A stretch of DNA of 63,319 nucleotides, counting the filler, from Folioceros fuciformis (taxonomy: Eukaryota): the NCBI GenBank assembly GCA_049999805.1. It is 15 parts of 15 records of this genome, joined end to end, with 100 filler letters (N's around TTAATTAATTAA, not from the genome) between each part and the next. Parts side by side here need not be neighbours in the genome. Positions count along the whole stretch, not along the records: positions 20,949 to 24,708 come from JBNGIO010002300.1; positions 24,809 to 26,509 come from JBNGIO010002301.1; positions 26,610 to 27,989 come from JBNGIO010002302.1; positions 28,090 to 34,451 come from JBNGIO010002303.1; 11 more parts are not named here. One strand, given 5' to 3'. The notes under the pieces are model-generated. The model searched no databases and was not told the DNA's origin. It worked only from the letters and a program-made list of their open reading frames with translations. How positions within the stretch are numbered: the first letter of the stretch is position 1; every line of letters starts with the position of its first letter. This document shows, in pieces, positions 21,277 through 31,969 of the stretch. The position numbers were made by a program, and so were the translations under genes.

Positions 21277-22863
21277 TGAGAGAAGATAGCAGATAGCACT
21301 TAGTTTTATCGGGTCAATTATGCTTTTTGTCTTAGAGGTCAGGTCAATTATGCTTTTTGTGTTAGAAGTCAGAATCCACTCTTCTGGTTTTAGAAGGTGA
21401 GAATTTGGCACTGCCGTCGAAGAGCCTTATGGGATGTTGACGAAGAGGTCCAAATGTAGGTTCTGAGCAAAGTGTGCAGTTGTGACAGAGCCAACTGGAA
21501 CTCGTCCCGCTGTGCCATGCTCTCCACTGTGGCTCGATGCCTTATGCACGCAGTAGAGAAATAAAAACAAGGTGCTACAAAGGAGCATCACTGTCATGAA
21601 AAGGCTACACACATGCTACATACTTTGAGGAAAGTAATGAACAGCATGTGGTTTGAAAGAAAATCATCACACGCTGTCGGAGCGAGTGGAGTTCAGAAAG
21701 TATTTGGCTAGCGTCCCAGTGCGCCTCCAGAAACCCCATGCCCAGAATTTTGTGCCCATCCTTGATTGCGTGCCAAAGTTCCTGTTCCAAGGCCCCTACA
21801 AAAATAGCAGACAGAAGTTTACTGTCATGAGTGACTGCACCGCTTACACCAGTATCAGAGGCAGCAAAAAATTACGCAGCTGCTTGCAAGACACATGCCA
21901 AGAGCCCAAGCTGCTGTTTTCCTGCGACAAAACTGGTTGCCGCCCAGTGCCATCATGTTGTGTTCCAAGTTCTTCTCCAGCAGGCTCAGCTCCGCAGCCA
22001 CTTGACAGCTCTGGCTTTTGGGAGCCCACAAGTCGTGCCCCAGCAAAACCACCTTGAGCAGGACCTGGGCTGCAACCATTGCGAGTTCTGCCATCCTGAT
22101 AGAAATCCCAGCACAGCCCTGATGCCACCAAATAGATCTTGAGTTTACTAATCCTCGCAACCCCAAACTCAGTCTCAACCAATAGACCCACCCTCCTGTT
22201 GGACAGGAAAACCGCCAGGAAGCCAGCCGACTCCATATGCACCGGGCAGCAGATTAGGCGTCTTGTCGCATCTGCACCGCTTCTTTTTTATATCGGTTCA
22301 CCCGCGATGAGAAGTGCATTTGAAACCTGGACTTCAAACCCACGGGTTTGGAATCCTTCCATCCCGGGTATGGAAAGCCGGGTACAGTGAACGGGTGCAA
22401 AAACCCGACGGGAACCAGAAACTGATGTTGCTGCTATGTCGTGTATGTCGATATGTCGATATGAAGCCACGGGTACATCGGGTTGCGCATCCGCACGGGT
22501 CTGCTGACCGTATTTGCCTTAATGGCCATCGGGGGTATCGATGGAAAAGCCGATTTCCCGATGTTGGACATCTAGTAGTACTCCAGTTGTTTGATGGGAA
22601 CATGTCGTCTACCGTTGTACATACTGTAAAGGGACGAACGAGGACCACACGCGGCACCGAGGTGCAAAACAGCTCCGACAAGTGCCATTGTCAGTCGCTG
22701 GGGGACTTCAATTATTCTTGGCGGGCTGTGCAGTCTTAGGGTGCATCGCGTAGAGGCGCAGTGAATACACCGTTGTAGGCGGCTTGATCTTCACATGCAT
22801 TTGCTCTTGGAGCATCCCTCGCTCGCAACTGCACTCGAAGCATCCTACGGTCGGGACCGGGAG

Positions 22864-24360
22864 ATGGAGCTGCTGGCGAGCGAGCTGTGGACGCTAGTGC
22901 TGCTTGCAGCTTTGGGACTCCTTGTAACCGTGGCAGCTGCCCCACTACAGGCTGATTTCTGGAACTGCAATCCCAGGCCGGTGTGGGGTAATCCCCAGAC
23001 GGCCATTCTCCAGCCCAACTGCTGCACGCTGGAGGCGCTGATGCGCAAGCCCGAGCCGATGTACAAGACGTGGCAGCAGTACTTAGAACAGAGTGGTCTT
23101 CGGGATCGGCCGATGCGAGTGCGTCCAGCTGCGCATCTCATCGCAGACAACGAAACCTACCTGCAGCAGCTGGATCTGGCGTTCAGGCTGCACAAGGCGC
23201 TTCCAGACGCCGATCCGAGGTCCCAGATTTCGCAAATGAACTTCCACTGCGTTTATGGCTCTCCTAACGTGTCGAGCCAGGCTGGTTACGAGCAGTTGAG
23301 CTACGTCACGCACAACAATTGGTACTTCTTCCCGTTCCACCGCTGGTAAGCTCTAATGGAGCAGGACCACCTGGACCTGGTTTGCGTTTTTAGCTCAAGT
23401 GATGGCATTGCTCCTGCCATTGCTATTGCACCCGGTGCTGCAGATTCCATCTCACCCTGGCACTTCGGCCTCGGCTGAAAAATAGGTTCACCTTCTTCTT
23501 CGAGAGGATACTGGCCAAGTTGGTGGGTGATGAATCCTTTGTTCTACCTTTCTGGAACTGGGACAATCAGAGCGCCGACTCCAACCATCTTCCCAACACT
23601 GTCCCCCACTACTACCGCAATCCTGACAAGTACCCAGGTCTGTATCACAAGTATCGCGACCCGCGCCACCGACCTGAAGAAGAGCCTGCCGTCATCAACC
23701 TCCTTCCCCGATCTGTCGAATCAGGGTTTTCTCCCACGACACCGCAGGAGGTGGCTCGGGCTCGTGCACTGAACAAGGCGCAACTGCGAAGCTTGATCGT
23801 GGACGCGACCGCCAACGGTAGCGGATCCGGAGATTTCCTCGGGTACCCGCTGCGATTGGGCGACGACCTTCCCAATGACACCGGGAGACTCAAATTCGAG
23901 GGTCAGCCGCACATGGCTGTGCATCTGTGGGTGGGAGACCCGGCTTATGGGTTTGCGGACATGGGGCTGGTGTATCATTCCGTTCGTGACCCAATTTTCT
24001 TTCCCCACCATGCCAATGTTGACAGGATGTGGAACGTCTGGATGGTAGGAATGTTAACGTTGCAAGAGATGGAAGCATGGACCCTCCCATGCTAGACAGT
24101 CTGACTAACTGGTGTTGTGCATTGTTCAGGGACTCGAGGGCAGGCGCAACTATGATGACCCCGACTTCCTGGACGCTGCCTTCTACTTCTACGACGAGAA
24201 TGCGGAGATTGTGAAGGTCACTGTTGCCGAGAGTCTCGATTCTGACCTCCTGAGATACACCTTCCAAGATGTGGAGAACGAATGGGTGACCTACGATGCA
24301 TCAACCGATTCAGCCCTTTTCGTTGACCACCCATTTCCAGCACATTCCCAAGCCTTATGA
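22864..24360 (+). CDS. PPO: Polyphenol oxidase (type-3 copper protein) with signal peptide; 3 exons (22864-23345, 23486-24044, 24130-24360)
   Basis: CuA site FHCVY...THNNWYFFPFHRW, LPFWNWD, CuB site PHMAVH...DMG...DPIFFPHHANVDRMW, and DWL-type DPDFLDAAFYFYDEN. The GT-AG introns are in phase. Confidence 0.92.
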
Positions 24361-24369
24361 CTGATAGTA

Positions 24370-24708
24370 AATGTGACCTCCCTAAATGTTATACCTTTAT
24401 AAATTTATAAATATTAGAGGTTTGGGTACTCTCTAATTACCTTCCTAAATGTTATACCTCTATACCTCTATAAATCTATAAATATTAGAGATTTGGATAC
24501 TTCTATAAATATTAGAGGTTTGGGTATTCCCTAATTGGGGAGTAAAGTTAAATATTATTTTTTATAAATATTATATATCTCTTATTTTATGAAAATAGGT
24601 ACTCTCAATCAATATAATCCAATTCTATCAATATTATTTTTAATTATATATTATATATTATATAATATGTTTTAAATAACATGGATAATATAGATATCTA
24701 ACTTACTT
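24370..24708. repeat. Very AT-rich repeat with internal duplications
   Basis: TAAATGTTATACC x2 and TAAATATTAGAG x3. The composition shifts abruptly after the PPO stop. Confidence 0.55.
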
Positions 24709-25227
24709 NNNNNNNNNNNNNNNNNNNNNNNNNNNNNNNNNNNNNNNNNNNNTTAATTAATTAANNNNNNNNNNNNNNNNNNNNNNNNNNNNNNNNNNNN
24801 NNNNNNNNCTCCTGGCCTTCGCGCGTCACCCCTTGCTGCTCTTCCTCTCGCTCTTCTGCCCCTCCGTTGGTCCGGCAGATCCTCCCAGAGGATCTCCACA
24901 TCACTGCTGCTACTGCTGGACCTGGCTGGTGGCGCAGGTGGGTCTTGCCGATGTGGTCTACCACTCCTCCTCCTTCTCTGGTTGCTGAGGACAGCCACAG
25001 GCCCCCGTTCTACCCAGCGCTGGGCCTCCTCTTCCGTCAATTCCTCCAGAACTGCCTCCGCATAGCAGTGGGGCAGTCCTGTCACCCACCATCTGTAGTG
25101 GTAGAGTCCCAGGCGCGTCCTCAATTGCAGGCCGTAGCCCCGCGTCCCTCCTGTGCCCATACGTACATACAGAAACAGCTTTAGAACCCTGGCCCCTTCT
25201 ACATACAGGCCTAGCACATAGGAGGCC

Positions 25228-25790
25228 TGTGGTGGAAAGAATCCGGGGACACCCAGGGGCTTCCCTCTAGCGGCCACACCTATCCCGCTGTCGTGTAGTC
25301 TAGCAGGTTTCGTTCCCTCGAAGGAGGGCCTGTCCTAGTTGTGTGTGTGTGACTCTATTTGTACCTTTCTTCTACCACGACCCTCGCGAACCTGAATACA
25401 CCTCCTGTCTGCCAAACATGCCTCTGCTGTCGGCAACTCACTCCAGTAGGACACCCACGAGTGTGCGTGCGAAACACGGCACCTCACACCCAGGCATCTG
25501 GGCCGTCACGATCCCCACCAAGCTACCAGACGCTGCAGACGACGCAGCCGGCAGGAGCGCACTTGTTGGAACACGAACAAGTGTGCTCAGGCTTGGTAAG
25601 AAACGAAGACCAACCACTTTATCTCTTGAGCCCTATGACTCTTATAGAATTCCTGGCTACTGTCGGTTGGGGTGGTTGATCGGGTAGGCAGCCATTGATG
25701 GTCCCTCACCTGCTACAGCGCTTAAGCGCATTAAACAGTGTCTTTAAACGCTTAAACCACCCCTCCTACCACGTCTATCCTAACTACCCA
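25228..25790 (-). mobile_element. LTR-B-related terminus (diverged subfamily)
   Basis: TGTGGTGG...GGCCACACCTATCCCGCTGTCGT...GTTTCGTTCCCTCGAAGGAG parallels the LTR-B copies. The distal extent is uncertain. Confidence 0.55.
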
Positions 25791-25805
25791 ACTCTATTGG
25801 GGATG

Positions 25806-26264
25806 CTTCGGTGGTTCGAATGGGCAGGTCAGAATGGCAATCTTTGCATCCTCTAGCCTACCACCAACTTTTCCTTCAACCTTAATCAAGTCAAGGTTGA
25901 CATCACGTCTCTCCAAATCCGCCACAGCAAGCACAACTTTCACTGCAATTTCCGCCAGCATCCGTTTGCACCTACCCACTATCTTGGAAGATAGCGTCGT
26001 CAGGCACATCTGAATGAGAGGCTCAACATTATCTGCACTGAAGTTAGACTTGTGCACGATGTGATTCAAGTGCTCAGTGGCGACCTTAGACGCTATCTCA
26101 TACCCCTCAGCGATCCCAATGGGGCGGATGCCCCGATCTAGTAGCTCTTCCGCCTGCTCCAAGAGTGTATCTGCTGTGACTACAACCCCAGTTGTGTCGT
26201 CACCAATCTCAAAATCCTGATCTTTCAAAAGCTTGACCATCAGCTTCCCAATTTGATTCTCAAC
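25806..26264 (-). pseudogene. CCT5: Intronless fragment of chaperonin CCT5 (TCP-1 epsilon)
   Basis: [10 protein letters not shown]...[14 protein letters not shown]...[15 protein letters not shown]...TTLSSKIV...[38 protein letters not shown]. Confidence 0.9.
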
Positions 26265-26609
26265 CTTCCTCTGCTCCTTCTGCCGCTCAAGCTCCAGGCT
26301 GCGCTCGCCCCCGAGCCGTCTCCACCTCCCGTTGCCTCTCCTGGTACAGGTTCCGCAGCTGCTCCTCCCCGCCCAAGCTCTCAGCAACAGCGGCGCGTCC
26401 CCCGTCCCTGTCCGATCGCCCAACGTTTCTCCCCATCCGCTGTTGATCCACCAGCCAGGCCAGTTGGTCCAACTCGCCGGCCTCCTATACCACCGACCTG
26501 CTTCGCCCANNNNNNNNNNNNNNNNNNNNNNNNNNNNNNNNNNNNNNNNNNNNTTAATTAATTAANNNNNNNNNNNNNNNNNNNNNNNNNNNNNNNNNNN
26601 NNNNNNNNN

Positions 26610-27000
26610 CCGCTTCACAGCTGCCCAATGCACACGTCCAGGCTTCTCCATGAACTGAGATAAAGCACTAACTGCGTATGAGATGTCTGGCCTGGTTCAA
26701 TTAGAAATGAAGATTAGGCAGCCTACTGCATGCCTGTAAGGTACGTTCTTCATATCAGCAATCTCATCAGCAGATGTGGCACATTGGTCCACAGTTAACT
26801 TGACTCCCACAGAGCCTGGTGTCGAAACTGGACGTGCTTGATCAAGTTGAAACCTCTTCAAAATCTCAGCCAGGTATTTCTTTTGATGAATCACGATCTG
26901 ACCTGTGTCTCTGTGACGTAGAACCTGAACACCTAGGCAAAATTTTAACTCTCCCACATCCTTCATCTCAAACTCAGTGCTAAGGAGATTTTTAACGGTG
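26610..27000 (-). mobile_element. Copia RT fragment
   Basis: EFEMKDVGELKFCLGVQV...HQKKY...VPYRHAVGCL. Confidence 0.9.
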
Positions 27001-27989
27001 TGTGGAGGCAAAACCCCGGGCACTGATTGCCAATGGGTTCCACCTTTAGTGGCCACACTTATCCCACTGTCGTTGAGACATTGGGTTTCGTTCCCACGAA
27101 GGAGCGATGGGGTTCCTTGCTGCTGTGGATGGAGGGTCGGACTTGATCAACTCGATGATGGATTCGAGGGCTCCCCTCCAGCTTCGATCAGGCGTAGGAC
27201 AGGCCTCACTGTCCGGCGGTCAGCTGCACCTCTCTCGATGCCCACAAACTCACTCCAGTCACTACAACGACCCTAACCTCTTAGATCTGTGACTTCCCTC
27301 ACTCTCTCACTCCAGCACCAACACCAGCAACTAACAATGACACCACTACCTTCTATACTTCCCTACTGACTCCTCCTACCCGGCAAGAGTCACTAGACTA
27401 ACCCCAAAGAAAAGAAAGAAGGGAACACACTCCCCTCTTGGATATCTCCTCCCCACAACCTTACCAGACGCCATGAAACATGGCCGGCCTACAGCACTTG
27501 TCCAAACAGGGAACAAGAGCGGACAGGTCGAGAGAAAGACACATCCTTTACAATCAAGAGCTAGGGGCAAGCCCCTACACCCTGGTCGTTACACCTTGTG
27601 ATCCTACCAGACACTATACAACCGGCAACACGCTGCCCGCGATCCTACCAGACACTGTACAGCCGGCAACACGCTGCCTGCGATCCTACCAGACACTGTA
27701 CAGCCAGCAACACACGGCTTGCGATCCTACCAGACGTTGCACAGCCGGCAACACACTGCAGGTCTTAAACCAAGCAGGGACGGACCACTAGAGCTCATGA
27801 AGAGAGGACCTCCAAGAGCTCACAAAGTGACAGACTGACTCCCAAAGTGAATGACTCCCTCCTCCTACAGGCTCACCTGATCTTATAGGAGCCTCTCTCT
27901 CTCTCTGACTTCACCTCTCTCTAACTTGAGAAATATTATTTTAATAGGACCACTAGCCTAGCCGGCTGTCACCAGCCACTTATTTAGAC
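27001..27989 (-). mobile_element. LTR-B 3' portion with 41-bp repeats (27600-27760) and a TATA-like CTATAAG (27882-27888, minus)
   Basis: Near-identity to the 11964 and 36265 copies. Confidence 0.85.
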
Positions 27990-28089
27990 NNNNNNNNNNN
28001 NNNNNNNNNNNNNNNNNNNNNNNNNNNNNNNNNTTAATTAATTAANNNNNNNNNNNNNNNNNNNNNNNNNNNNNNNNNNNNNNNNNNNN

Positions 28090-28574
28090 CCGCACTCCAG
28101 CAGGAGCTCCATCACCTCCTCCGCCGACGCAAGGCTCAACCTTGGAGCAGAAGACGCGGCCGCCGCCGTAGCAGCTGCAGATTCCTCCATCCCTCGAGGA
28201 GGGCTCAGCAAGGACGAAATCCATTCCTCCACCTCCGAGCTCTGAACCGGGGCTGTGGGCATCGCTGTGGTAGCCAGGTCTAGCCGGGAGGCCACTCCAC
28301 CGATCATGTCCGCCAGCTCGTTGTGTATCACCTGGTACGCAAGGAGGTCTGTCACCATGAAATTGCTGGCCAGTCCTTCATCGGCGAGCAGGTCCGAGAG
28401 GTACGCCAAGGTTGGGTTCGGGGTGACCGCGGTGCGCCAACTCCGATCCGAGGAGGTCGGGCTTGGGGTCGGGGAGGGGGATGCGGAGGAGGATATCTGC
28501 GACCGGGCACCTCTCTGGGCCTGCGCCAGAGCCACCTGCAGCTTCGCCGTGAGCGAAAGTTGCTGGCCTGCCAT
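28090..28574 (-). CDS. GRAS transcription factor (LISCL/SCL14-like) N-terminus, truncated by the contig end
   Basis: PTLAYLSDLLADE...LLAYQVIHNELADMIG resembles the LISCL N-terminal motif. It ends VMELLLEC, the start of the LHRI subdomain. Confidence 0.65.
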
Positions 28575-29542
28575 GAACCGTTCGGCGGGCAGGGCAGCTG
28601 AGGAGGTGCGAGGAACTTCTGCTAGGGACGTTAGCGGTCTCTCTCGTGGGAGCGGCAAATGTGAATGCCGCACCAGGGGTCCACCGGGCGGCCTCCGTGT
28701 GTACTGTACGCTCGCTTGCAAACCGGCAGGACTGCACTGGCCAGGCGAAATTGTGACGGATGGGAGGCTGGAGGCTGTCGACGGAGACAGGATAAGCGAC
28801 TTCAAGAGGAATCGAGCTGTCTGATAAGGGCATGTGCCATGGGCTCCACCATATCCACAGTGCAGTACCATGCAGAGGCAGGGCCTCTGTTGCCTCGCTG
28901 TTGCTGACGACATGGACGTCCAACCCCCGCCTACCAACCTCTTTATGTACTTCGTGTGAGGCAGCACCCCACACCCTGAGCATCGTCTCCGACGCAGGAA
29001 AAACAAAAGGTCCTCGAGATGCGGAAATAATAAATCTGGTGGCGGTGGAGAGACATCATTTTCTCCTTCCACACGGGCAACGCTGGCTACAGGCTCCGGA
29101 TCAAAGCATCTACTTCGCCATCACTCTGATGATACTTGATGGCCGGGAATGTGGCTGGACTGGCCGGCGGGCCTAGAAACAAGGGAGTGGACCCTTTCTC
29201 AGAAGTGGGAATGGCGTTTTGACTAAGACAGCCATTGAGGTAAACGTATCAAAACAAGCGACTGAACGGGACTTCAGATGATCAAATCAACTTTCGGATG
29301 CCCCAAAGTTACTGGCAGTTTGATGAAAGCCTTGTCGGGAGGGGGCACGCAAGAAGCATACTCCTTGAGCAGCCGAGAACTCAGCCTTCAGAAGCGGACC
29401 TGGAAGATTCCACTCATGCTACGTATCATGCAAGCAGCTTCTGATACTGTCAACCTCGTTGAGCAACTGGCAATCATGTTCCCGAACAGCCTGAGCCCAC
29501 AGGCTTGAGGAAGCTGGAATCCGACAAAACTTTAAAGGGTGC

Positions 29543-31615
29543 CTACGCAACCTTTGGGATCACGTTCTCTGGTGGAGGCTGAGAAACTGTCACGGCACGG
29601 AGCAGCTCCAGGGAGAAGAGCAAGCCCAGGTAATGGGAGAGGATGGCGTTGCCCGAGGCCTGCAAGACGGTCCCAAATGACAGGGTGGGAGAATGATTGT
29701 ATGAAAAGAACAGTGAGGTGAATGGAGATGGGAAGAGGGCATACCTGGACGAGGAAGACATCCAGAGCGAGGACGGGACTGTGTCCTGCAGTAGGCCCCT
29801 GCAGGTAGGGTGATGCAGAGGAGGTCAGGGCCTTGGCTACCAGGGCACCCACGGTTGCTTGCAGTCCGAGGATGGTGGACCCCAGTCCCAGGATGTTGAT
29901 CACCAGTCCGTTTCTCAAGTTCTTGATCACTTCGGCACGGGCAGGTGCCTGCGGGATTCCGTACAGCACAAGGAAGCTCTACTGTGAAAACTTATGCACC
30001 CTCAGGCATGGAACAGGTAGCGGAAATGAAGGGATGCAGATGCCCGGGAGATCAGAGGGCCATGGGCAGCTTTTGATGAATCCAAGAAGAAAAATTCATT
30101 AGAGGATTCTGGCAAGGAGCAAGGGAGGACTGAATTGCAGCAAGAAGCCAGGTCAGATTGGAATGCAGCAAGGAGTATGGGAAGATTGCAATACAGCAAG
30201 GAGCTGGAGAAGTTTGAACTGTGGCAACGAGCGAGGGAAGGTTGAAATGCGGCAAGGAGAAAGGGAGGATTGAAGTGCAGCAAGGAGCAAGGGAAGGTTG
30301 AAATGCAGGAAGGAGCAAGGGAAGGTCGAAATGCAGGAAGGAGCAAGGGAAGGTTGCCATGCAGCAAGGAGCAAGCGAAGATTGAAATGCAGCAAGGAGC
30401 AAGGGAAGACAGAGATGCGGCAAGGAGCCCGGGAAGACAGAAATGCAGCAAGGAGCAAGGAAAGGGTGTAACGCAGCAAGGAGTAAGGGAAGATTGAAAT
30501 GCAGCAAGGAGCAAGGGAAGATTGAAATGCAGCAAGGAGCAAGGGAAGATTGAAATGCAGCAAGGAGAAAGGAAATGGTGAAATGCAGCAAGGAGCAAGG
30601 GAATGGTGAAATGCAGCAAGGAACACGGGAAGGTTGAGATGCGGCAAGGAGCAAGGGAAGATTGAAATGCAGCAAGGGGCAAGGGAAGGTTAAAATGCAG
30701 CAACGGGCAAGGGAAGGTTAAAATGCAGCAAGGAGCAAGGGAAGATTGAAATGCAGCAAGTAACAGGGAAAGATTGAAAAGCATCTTCAGATGATACCTT
30801 CGTGGGATCAGCGATGCTGGACTGGAGCTTCTGAGCCAGCCGGATGTAGCCGAAAGACCAGAAGACGGACAGAAAAGCGGCAACAATTCCAGCGGTTGTC
30901 AGATACAGGCTGACAGGCGCGGTAGCAGAGCCGGTTATGACGAGAGAGAAAGCAAGGATCACTGCCGAAACCACGGTGCAGATGAGCTGCGTCCAGAAAC
31001 CCCAGCTCCCCAGTCGCTTGAAGTAGCTAGCAGTGCGCTCCAGCCGCTTGGCAACCTGCATGCACCCCACCACCTCCTTCTTCACAGACTGCCCACACAC
31101 ACCCATACGCATGCGGCGAAACCCCGACCCCGGAGAAGGTGTCGTCTATCATCCGTGCCCACCATCATCCGAAGGACACACCAATGCCGAATCCTTCCAG
31201 ACCACCAACATTCCCGCAATTGTACATGGATGTCAGCCAGCAATCTACAGCACGGAACAAAACCAACCTGGGCTCGCTTCTGGGCTTCAGCAGGATCATC
31301 CACAGCAGCGGACGCGTATCCCGAGGTCTCATTGGAGACGCCGGCCCGAACCAGCACTTTGCGGCCCCGGCGAAGCATGGACAGATGCGGGAGGCACTTG
31401 GCCACCAGCGCCCAGGAGGGCGGGCCGGACAGGGCCCCAAGAGAGGACAGCTTCACGCTCCGGTTGTGGGCGATGGCGAGGCCGCCGCCTTTGTGGGCTC
31501 CAACCGGCCGCGCGCGGAATGTTGCATTTGCAGAGCAGGAGGAGGAGGCGAGGCAGGGCGCTGGTGGGATGCAGCTGGCCCGCTGACGCAGCGACGGTCG
31601 ATGCAGGCCCTGCAT
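29543..31615 (-). CDS. TIC21: Chloroplast inner-envelope protein TIC21/CIA5/PIC1 (DUF3611), 4 exons
   Basis: Transit-peptide-like exon 1, then VAKRLERTASYFKRLGSWGFWTQL...FWSFGYIRL, GLQATVGALVAKALT...PVLALDVFLVQ|ASGNAILSHYLGL. Confidence 0.93.
30110..30780. repeat. Intronic 28-bp minisatellite x~24 (GCAGCAAGGAGCAAGGGAAGATTGAAAT)
   Basis: Read directly from the sequence. It lies within TIC21 intron 2. Confidence 0.95.
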
Positions 31616-31969
31616 TCTGCTCTACGGGGCAGCACGGGGCCGCCTCGAGCAGCTGGAGGAAAGGACGAGCTCGATCACGACACCCTCATTGCCCAACAAG
31701 AAGGCTTGGGACGTAGTCCGAGTGGCAACAAGGCCCCACGACACCTGACTGTCGAGATGGGACTCATTTCACATTCGCGCTCGCACCAGGTCCAGAAACA
31801 TCCTGCAGCGGCTTCGGCTGTGGCTGTGCCTAGACGTGTGGTGCTCGAACTGATTTGAATACGGACTCATTTCGGAACGGGTAGCTGATCAATCCCTTCG
31901 CATTATATCCAGAGACTCAGATTACAGCATCAAGACCATGAGTTGAAAGAGGGAAGGGAGAGGAAACGT

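Noticed and set aside
21422-22260. Possible small spliced gene on the minus strand upstream of PPO
   Set aside because: Some splice-like signals exist, but I could not build a consistent frame or recognise a domain.
28575-29072. N-terminal extension of the GRAS ORF from the track's upstream start
   Set aside because: It uses a non-ATG start and looks like 5' UTR or intron, so the ATG at 28574 is preferred.
30002-30886. Long Leu/Cys-rich ORFs (294, 207 and 164 aa)
   Set aside because: They are translations of the stop-poor intronic minisatellite in all three frames.
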